A stretch of DNA of 20,000 nucleotides from Halocafeteria seosinensis (lineage: Eukaryota): assembly GCA_001687465.1 (NCBI GenBank), contig LVLI01000140.1, positions 237,446 to 257,445 on the forward strand, read 5' to 3'. Position 1 is the first letter of the stretch. Every line of letters starts with the position of its first letter. This document shows positions 9,949 through 20,000 of the stretch, piece after piece. The position numbers and the translations under genes are program-made. The notes under the pieces were generated by a model. It worked only from the letters and a program-made list of their open reading frames with translations. It was not told the DNA's origin and did not search any database.

Positions 9949-10717
9949 ATGCGCGCATCGCTCACTCGAGTGCAATGTCTGGGTGGGAAGATGTTCTCGA
10001 AGACGAACGTAGTCACTTGCAACTTTTTACTCGGTAGAAGTCAACAATGGCGTTTTCCTCAGGGACCAAATCGAGTCTCAGTATTGGAGAGATGCTTTAG
10101 TAGCAGGGAGCGCAGGTTTGAAGTACCACCAGAAAAGCTGGAAACGAACTTTGTGAGATCGTCTGGGGCTGTAAGTTGTATAAGGTGGCTCAACGCAAGC
10201 GAAGGATGTATACGTGCATGAAGTTGCTCTCGTTTCCATTACAGGGTGGTCAAAATGTCAACAAAGTGAATACGAAAGTCGAACTTCGCTTCAGTTTGCA
10301 GAAAGTAAGTGAGGCTTGATCACTTGACTTCCGGGTGAAAATAGCCATGTACTTAGCACAGGCTGACTGGATGGATGAAGATACTAAGACGAGGCTTAGT
10401 GAAATGTACGACAAACATATGAACAAGTACAATGAGTTTATTGTCACGTCGCAAGCTACGCGGTCGTAAGTAGCACATCGGAATGTGTACCGCACATCAT
10501 GCGCGTCTACTAAGGCACTCCGTATTACAGCCAACAAGGCAACTTGGACGATGCTCTGAGGAAACTACAACGGATGGTTGATCGGGCCAGCAAACCACCC
10601 AAGCAGAGACACTTTAAAGCCGGCTTATCTGAACACACGAAAGAGAAACGCAAAGAGCACAAGCGCCATCGTTCGGAAGTGAAGCAGAAGCGCAAGGGCA
10701 AAGGCATAGATGATTGA
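9949..10717 (+). CDS. ICT1: ICT1/mL62/ArfB-type codon-independent peptidyl-tRNA hydrolase, probably mitochondrial, ~190 aa
   Basis: Exons 9949-10170, 10245-10304, 10362-10465, 10531-10717. Spliced motif FVRSSGA/GGQNVNKVNTKVELRF, then IVTSQATRS/QQGNLDDALRKL and basic tail KEKRKEHKRHRSEVKQKRK; R/S-rich acid-poor N-terminus resembles a presequence. Confidence 0.93.
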
Positions 10718-10735
10718 TACTCAAACATTGCAAGT

Positions 10736-12259
10736 CTAGCTTTGGATCACAGATGAGCCATAATCTCCTAGCGACCCCTTTCCGGCAGAGCTAAAGGAGC
10801 TTTCAGGCTGATGCCTATCTGGACCAACCTTGGTTTCGGGATCTTGCGATCCTTCTGTGTGAACTGGTCGTTGACTAATGAAGGTCCTCTGTGTGCCCTC
10901 AGAGCCACCGCCTCCTCTTGCTCCGGGTCTTCTTAATACGGGTTGTCGCTTTTTTGAATGTGTAGATTGCTCTCTCTCACCTGATTGGTCTGGCTGATTG
11001 TTAGTCACTCGTTTGAGAGGGTCACGGTAGAGTTTCGCCACTTGAGAGAGGGCGTCAACCTGGTCATGAAGTTTGTGGTTTTCTCGTTTCACTTTTACAA
11101 ACTCAGAGAACTTTGAACCCATTCGGGTCTTTTGTATTTCCTCTACTTTCATCTGGAGATGTACTAGAGCATTCTCCAGTTGGCTATTGCGGTCCTCCAA
11201 CGACTCATAGTTGCGACGAAGTTCGAAGTATTCTTGGCTCTGCTGCTTGGACTCTTTTTTCAAGTTATCATAATCTTGTAGTGCCTTTGTTCGATCCTGT
11301 TTAGCGCGTCTAAGTTGCTGTTGTAGCACGTCATTCCGCGTATCTGCTTGCGATAACTGATCATTCAGGCGTGCAATTTCCTCGTCTTTGTGAGTTACCT
11401 CCTGTTGAGCTGCAGTAACTTCGGACTGCAAGAAGAAACCAATGACGTACCAATGGTACCTTAAACCCTTATGAAACAGAATGGCAACTCACCGTAAGCT
11501 TAGAGTATAGCTGCTCCTTCTCACTCTGCATGTTTTCTAACTGCTCTTCCTGCTGCTTGTACTCGTCCTCTAGGGACGCATTCTTTGTGGCTAGTTGCTG
11601 CACCTTCTTTTTTAACGAAATGATTGTCTCGTCCTGTAAATGTTTTCGCTACAGATCACAAGGGACCACTCTTCCCATATACACGGAATACTAGCTCACT
11701 TACCTTCTGTTCGCACTGCTCCTTGTATTCTTGCTCCGCTCGCTTGGATTTTTCGTATTTTTCACGCATTTCCTCCAGCTCGGCGTCCTGTAGTAAGAAT
11801 TTGATAAAGAAGAAACTAAAAACCCAGCTTGCTACACTCATCCTGTTCACAAATCATACCCTTCCTTTCAAGTCTCGTAGAGTCTCCAGTTCCTGGTTAG
11901 CAGCTTGTAACTCCGTTTGCAACTGAATAAAGACGGATGAATCGGCAGGGCAAAACAATTTTCAATGCCATGTTATTTTGGCGAAATGCTGAAAAGCGAC
12001 CCACCTCCTCGATCTTTCGCTTCTGCCTATCGTCTCTATCTCTACAGTGTTGTGCGTCTTTCTCAGCTTGCTCTGCGCCACGCTCCGCCGCATCTTTCTC
12101 CTGAAGCGCAGTCTGTAAGAGCTCCAACGAGCTGGAATAGACAAGATAGTATAAGCAATAATCTGCCAACGGGCGATATAAATTATCCTTGTTAGGACCA
12201 CCCTGCTTCACTTACCGTGCATACTTGGCTCGAAGCTGGTTCAAGGATGCCGCATCCAT
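10736..12259 (-). CDS. Uncharacterised coiled-coil protein, ~382 aa
   Basis: ATG 12259; exons 12259-12216, 12131-12005, 11922-11860, 11787-11704, 11633-11493, 11425-10736 with consistent phases and GT-AG introns; E/Q/K/L-rich heptad pattern followed by a disordered C-terminal tail. Confidence 0.8.
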
Positions 12260-12749
12260 ATTGTTGGACGTATACAAGCCAACTGTCGTAATCGTCAGCA
12301 GTCCCTTATCAGTCCTTTTGCCACTGACTTTCTGTATATCCCAAAGGGGATTTCTTGTGGCTTAGGCGCTCTGCTTACAAGGCACGATCAACTCATTGCT
12401 CGGTGAAGCTAACAGAAATTTGGCGCGCTTCGGCAAAACTATTATCAATCTGTCCGCGTACAACTTTATCTTTACCAACTAGTTTTTCCTTTGGCATCAT
12501 ACCTATCATCATGCCTAGACCCCAGAGATATCTAAAATTACTTCATTCGTTAATAACAGACTCTAAACAGAGCCATCCGGCTTCACAATCGCAACTGCAG
12601 TCTGCGACCAAACATACTTCAACTTGTTTTCAAGTACTGTACATCGATCATGCATCGCTCGAAAGAAGATTGATTCGTACTTATTGGTACGGTGTGATTT
12701 AAAAAGTTGTTGATTTAACTCTAAATACGTTCACTATTAGTGACAGAAT

Positions 12750-14039
12750 TCAAGCACTAGCAAGCTCCGATTGGAGGTTGCGGGTCACGGAGCAGTCCTC
12801 GAACAAGTGCTTGTTGAAGTCGTATACTGGCAAGTCCTTCCCAGAGGGACTCTTGAGTTGCCCTTCATCAGCTAATTCGGGAGGAGGCACGACAAAACTA
12901 GATTCGGAATGGACTGAAAGGCTTCCGGGGTCACTCTCGTTGCCATGGCTGGGCAAGAACGGAACGGAAGATAGCCTTGGAGAATCATTCAATGCTCCAT
13001 TGAATTCCTGTTTGTAGCCGGTATTATTGGATTTGGTTCTCCTCAATAGAGGTTTGTATATGTTGCCAGATATGTGTGTCTCTGTAGGGGACTCTGGTGC
13101 AGAGTTCGTTCTGCCCCTTCCTCTATGTCTGGTGGAACAACCGCTCCTGGAGCTAATTGCCCTAAAGAGATGTGTCGCGATGCCTTTGGCCGCCTCGCTC
13201 GCATCTGACGAAAGTGAAACCATTTGGGAGCTTAGCCATTTCATGCGCTCTTTGAAAGGCAAGCCATCGAAGTATTCCCCCTCGTCCTCAAATCCGTGTA
13301 GTAGTCCGCTTTCTCCTGTGTAACATCCACCAAGCTCTTCATCAGACGCAGAAGCGCCGCTCTCCGGTTCCGATAAGAGGAATGAAAGTAGAAATTTGGC
13401 CCCACTGCTACTAAACCAACTATGGCTGATGTTTCCAGTGTCTAGAGACATCCCTAAATCTCCTCGCTCATCGTCTGCATCCTCACCGCTGCTAAGGTCC
13501 GGGACACGGGACTGGCGAAATGGGCGTCTGCTGAACGCAGTATAAGAATAGCGTGGAGCACATGCTGTTGTTCCTGTTCCAATGGACGAAGGTTGTTTCC
13601 TTTTCCTCCGTTTCTCTTCTTTTTCTGTGTAAGCGGGATAGTGTCTAGATGCTTTTTTGACTCCCTGCTTGGAACCACGGTACAAAGGAAGTTGCTGTGT
13701 AAGTACCTCGTCTGGCAACGAAGATGATAATGCACTTACGCGCTTTCTCTCTTCAGGCTTCCAGAAATAATCATTGGTATATGAATTAACATATAGCTCA
13801 TATCCTTGGTGGAATTCCTTGAGAAGCCAATCCGTTGGCTCTGCAGGGTGCCTCTCGCCAGTGAGGGTATTGAAGTACAGTACATGGCCCTTTGCATCTC
13901 GTTCCTGTACCCATGGGCTCCGCTTGCCTTCAACGGTGGGGACCGTCGGGCTGTATGAATACGACGGCAATTGCTTATGTAGGCTCACGTTTTCTTGTAC
14001 AAAGTGACTAGGGGGAGAACTGTATAAGTCCTCGGCCAT
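12750..14039 (-). CDS. Protein with two tandem WW-like domains and a long S/acid-rich disordered region, 429 aa
   Basis: Single long ORF with gaccATGG-like context; SPWVQERDAKGHVLYFNTLTGE (second Trp absent) and DWLLKEFHQGYELYVNSYTNDYFWKP fit the WW consensus W-x~9-YY.N..T....W..P; basic cluster KRRKRK. Confidence 0.72.
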   Translation of the reverse strand: MAEDLYSSPPSHFVQENVSLHKQLPSYSYSPTVPTVEGKRSPWVQERDAKGHVLYFNTLTGERHPAEPTDWLLKEFHQGYELYVNSYTNDYFWKPEERKRVSALSSSLPDEVLTQQLPLYRGSKQGVKKASRHYPAYTEKEEKRRKRKQPSSIGTGTTACAPRYSYTAFSRRPFRQSRVPDLSSGEDADDERGDLGMSLDTGNISHSWFSSSGAKFLLSFLLSEPESGASASDEELGGCYTGESGLLHGFEDEGEYFDGLPFKERMKWLSSQMVSLSSDASEAAKGIATHLFRAISSRSGCSTRHRGRGRTNSAPESPTETHISGNIYKPLLRRTKSNNTGYKQEFNGALNDSPRLSSVPFLPSHGNESDPGSLSVHSESSFVVPPPELADEGQLKSPSGKDLPVYDFNKHLFEDCSVTRNLQSELASA

Positions 14040-14815
14040 GGACCATGTGTTGACTGTTTTAGGAGGTGAAAGCGCTCTTACACCATAAGAGACATCCTGC
14101 GTTTGACGTAAACTAACTTAAACTAAAACTAGCTATGTTCCGTAACCTGCAATTACTCGTACCTGAGGAGCGTTTAACGTCGTGGTGCCATCCACTATAT
14201 TGTACCAGTAAGTGTTTCCACAACTGTCTAAGCGGGACTGCCACGGCGACACTTGAGCTTCAAGAGCAGGAGTCTCCGTAGCCATTTGTGCTGGAGAAAT
14301 ATACATAACCAAATCTCTACCACGAATCCATACTTCAAATACGGTCAGCGATTACTCTTTGCCGATGGACGCCGGTGTGGGTACAGGATGACATTCTCGC
14401 TCTGTTCAATACTTCCAACGTGCTACAAGGAGACTGGCCGAGTTCCCATGAGGTTATTGCGTGGCCTATCCCGATAGAAATTGTGCCTTTCAATTCTAAT
14501 GAAGATTGCTCCTGTAATTGGAGATCTGAAGCCGGGTCTTGTTGAGCGGCTCACTGGACAGTCTGGACAACGTTGGGATCACTTCACAAGTTGATTCACA
14601 AGAGCGGCTTAACTTGACTCAACGCCGTCAACGGGCCTTGTAATGATGGTTGTAAGGGTTTTACGTACGAAGATAAAGACAAAGCAGAAAAAGGCTACAA
14701 TCAGCATTAGACGCTTCAGAGTGTTGCAATTGCTGGTACATTGAATACTGTACTGTGGGTATTGAGCCGGTAGATTATACACTCTACTACGCGGTCCTGC
14801 ACATACAGTACTCAC

Positions 14816-15310
14816 ATGTGACAGATACATGTAGCCCACCGGCCGAGGAGTGGACCGCATCCTCTTAACGAGGAGCGGTATGTGCCCGTGTTAAGCAGCG
14901 ACGGTCTCGCTGTTCCTGCAGCCTTGCTGACATGTGGCGTGAAGGAACACAGCACTGGTCCTGCAGGCTGGGTGGAGTACAGTACGGTACATCCAACTGC
15001 CGGCACACACACACACATAGGTGACAGATAGCCCAACTGCCGGTCACACTTCGGTCGTCGATGTTGTAACTTCTTGAAAGACCTGATTCGTCACTTTCCA
15101 ACTTCTTTTGTACTGTGTACTGTAGTTTGCAGGCTACAAACAAAAGAATGCAAACTTGCTCAACAACGCTCGTTGTTGTCGCAACACACACACATATGTG
15201 ACAGATAGCCCACCGGCCGGGGAGTTGACCGCATCCTCTTAACGATGTCGCAAGGCGCTCACAACGGCCAGCCACTGCACAGTACCGGTAGTAGTGTGTG
15301 TGTGTGTGTG
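14816..15310. repeat. Non-coding block with modular direct repeats and (CA)n/(TG)n microsatellites
   Basis: 50-bp unit ATGTGACAGATA(catgta)GCCCACCGGCCG(A/G)GGAGT(G/T)GACCGCATCCTCTTAACGA at 14816-14871 and 15196-15245; partial copy (CA)n-TAGGTGACAGATAGCCCA at ~15004-15035; CCAACTGCCGG at 14993-15003 and 15033-15043; (TG)n at ~15294-15310. Confidence 0.85.
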
Positions 15311-15427
15311 GCAGTAGAGTAGGCCACAATTGTCTGATTGTAGTGTGTGTATAAGTATTGTTCCTACCGGAAATAGTGTAGTCTACAGGCTACGCTAGGC
15401 TGTGTGTAGGGTGACGGAACCGCTCGA

Positions 15428-16438
15428 CTATAATATTGAACAACAGTCCTCCTCCCCTGCTGAGTCATGTGTGCGTGAGTCACCTTGCTGAGCCTTTCGA
15501 AGCTCTTCTTTTGCCCGCACGTTTCCACGATCTATGAGATCTTGCAGTTTTTGCCTACAAATTTGGCTCCAGTGTGTTGGCATCCCATCCTTCCTCTTAC
15601 GCATCGACGCACCCATAGCATACCAGTAAGCGGCTTCGTCCAGGTCCTCTCCCACATCGGCATAATTCCCGGAATAGACGTCCCCTAGTTTTTCCATGGA
15701 CAGTTGGTTTCGGAAATGTGCTGCGTATTTTAACAGTTCAATGCCTTTTTTTGTATCTTTTGGGACCCCAGTAACTTCTGGCGCCCCCATGTCTCCCAAA
15801 TAGTACTGAGCAAGAGCAAACTTGTGGGGAATACTACCTCCATCCGCCATATTTTTAGTAATGGTAAACGACTGATAATAGGCCTGCCTCATCTGTTCAT
15901 TCCCATCCTGCCCACCAGCATGTTCAACGGTGGCTCCTGTTCCCTGAGTACCGTTTTCAACCGGTTGACGATTTACCTCTTCTAAACGTTCTTTGGCGGC
16001 CACAGCATTGAGGGTGTCCCGAGCAAGTCGATACCACAATTCTGCTTGTTGCCAATCTTGTTCTCCACCAAAAATTCCTTCATAGTATTGCCCTAGAGTA
16101 TAGCTTGCATAGCCCGCTTCGACGCTTTTTTTTCGGAGAACGTCGAATGCGTTGTTCTGGTTTCCCTCAATCGCTCCCATGAGAACCAACCTGGCGTGTA
16201 TGAGAGGAACCAATGGATCATCATTTGACTCGAGTTGCTGATGGACAGCTCTTCCGATACGTTTCGGCCTGTTTTCTTTCATTGCCAATCGATATAAGGC
16301 CACGCTTGCACCGTCCGCTTCGGCATCATCTAGATATTCGTGTGCTTGGGTGAAATCTCCCTCGTAGATGGACTTGGAGGCCAGCTGCACCAATTCCTCC
16401 GTAGGTCCGCCCCCTTCTAATAAAGGTTCATTCGCCAT
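15428..16438 (-). CDS. SEL1-like repeat protein with C-terminal CaaX motif, ~336 aa, intronless
   Basis: Likely ATG 16438 (MANEPLL). SEL1 repeats: ASYTLGQYYEGIFGGEQDWQQAELWYRLA, HKFALAQYYLG...GVPKDTKKGIELLKYAA, SMEKLGDVYSGNYADVGEDLDEAAYWYAMGA. Ends EEDCCSIL*. Confidence 0.85.
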   Translation of the reverse strand: MANEPLLEGGGPTEELVQLASKSIYEGDFTQAHEYLDDAEADGASVALYRLAMKENRPKRIGRAVHQQLESNDDPLVPLIHARLVLMGAIEGNQNNAFDVLRKKSVEAGYASYTLGQYYEGIFGGEQDWQQAELWYRLARDTLNAVAAKERLEEVNRQPVENGTQGTGATVEHAGGQDGNEQMRQAYYQSFTITKNMADGGSIPHKFALAQYYLGDMGAPEVTGVPKDTKKGIELLKYAAHFRNQLSMEKLGDVYSGNYADVGEDLDEAAYWYAMGASMRKRKDGMPTHWSQICRQKLQDLIDRGNVRAKEELRKAQQGDSRTHDSAGEEDCCSIL

Positions 16439-16965
16439 CTCTTCCCGAATGAAGCGTATTGGTCGTCGTCGAAGCGTAAGACAATCACTGTCTACTTCCA
16501 GTTCCCTACAGTCGGTCACCAGTTTCGAGACCCGACACTGTTCGAGTGTCACACACAGAATAATTCCCCGGACACTACTTTTCCAGCCATTCACTCCTAT
16601 GAACACGGTTCACCAACTTCTCGCATTTTGTACGCGCTACCAGGCTGTACACAGCACACTGTTCTGAGCAGTGACCTATCGGTGTGAACCACGCAACGAG
16701 TTGCGGAAAGCAAATTGGCTGAAATTCTGGGGCGCCACCAACGCGTTAAAAGCGATAATTGGGTTCACCTTGTCGTATTTGTCATGATTGACCGGAAATG
16801 CTAGAAGGTTTGAGGTTTTGTACCACACATGTGCACATATTCCTTCTGAAGACCGTGCCCTGGGACAGGAAGGGAAGCGAGTTGAGACACCCTTTGCATA
16901 TTTAGCTCAGTGGCATCTTCATATCGGAAGATAATTGTCCCCATTCAAAAGATAGCAAAGGATAG

Positions 16966-19774
<2,809 letters not shown>

Positions 19775-20000
19775 ACAATTACCTTGTAATGTAGCTTGTG
19801 GTGGTTGATGTAAATAGACTGTCGACGAGGATACCCAGAATTACTTAAAGACATTTTTATCTCAACGCGTGCTTTCGTTCCCCCATTTCCAGGACGCCGC
19901 ATGTCACATGAGGCACACATATACTGTATATGGCAGGTTCTCGGCTCACCGAGGCATCAAACAATCCGGCGGGGGACCGAGTGGGAGAACACAGTTGGAC

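Noticed and set aside
5326..10244. Introns falling exactly within or next to catalytic motifs (GPPGT/GKT at 5398-5326; SGA/GGQ at 10171-10244)
   Set aside because: Explained by high intron density and the preference for G after the acceptor at Gly codons; both introns are canonical.
14136..14545. Possible spliced + strand gene (ATG 14136, GTAAGT at ~14208)
   Set aside because: A frame can be assembled only with an atypically short intron, and the product has no recognisable features.
14816..15245. Repeat-spacer pattern as a CRISPR array
   Set aside because: Eukaryotic context, only 2 full copies, spacers of ~150 nt or more containing microsatellites, no cas genes.

Overview
Gene-dense, compact eukaryotic genomic DNA, most likely a protist (inference from short ~57-85 nt GT-AG introns and short intergenic spacers; taxon not determinable by eye). 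Hand-splicing recovers about 11 genes: a partial unknown gene (-), a p24/TMED cargo receptor (+), a serine palmitoyltransferase small subunit (-), a Selenoprotein S homolog (+), an IGHMBP2/UPF1-like SF1 helicase with an RGG N-terminus (-), the mitochondrial ADP/ATP carrier (-), the ICT1/ArfB-type GGQ peptidyl-tRNA hydrolase (+), a coiled-coil protein (-), a WW-domain protein (-), a SEL1-repeat protein ending in a CaaX box (-) and Sec23 (+). The most notable signal is invisible in the ORF track: a complete selenocysteine recoding unit. A 4-exon SelS gene ends ...R-G-TGA-G-TAA and is followed by a perfect 9-bp hairpin 7 nt after the TGA and a well-formed type II SECIS element. Also of note: the only two long introns (first introns of AAC and SEC23) share an ordered cluster of purine/G-run motifs, and a non-coding block at ~14.8-15.3 kb is built from modular direct repeats.
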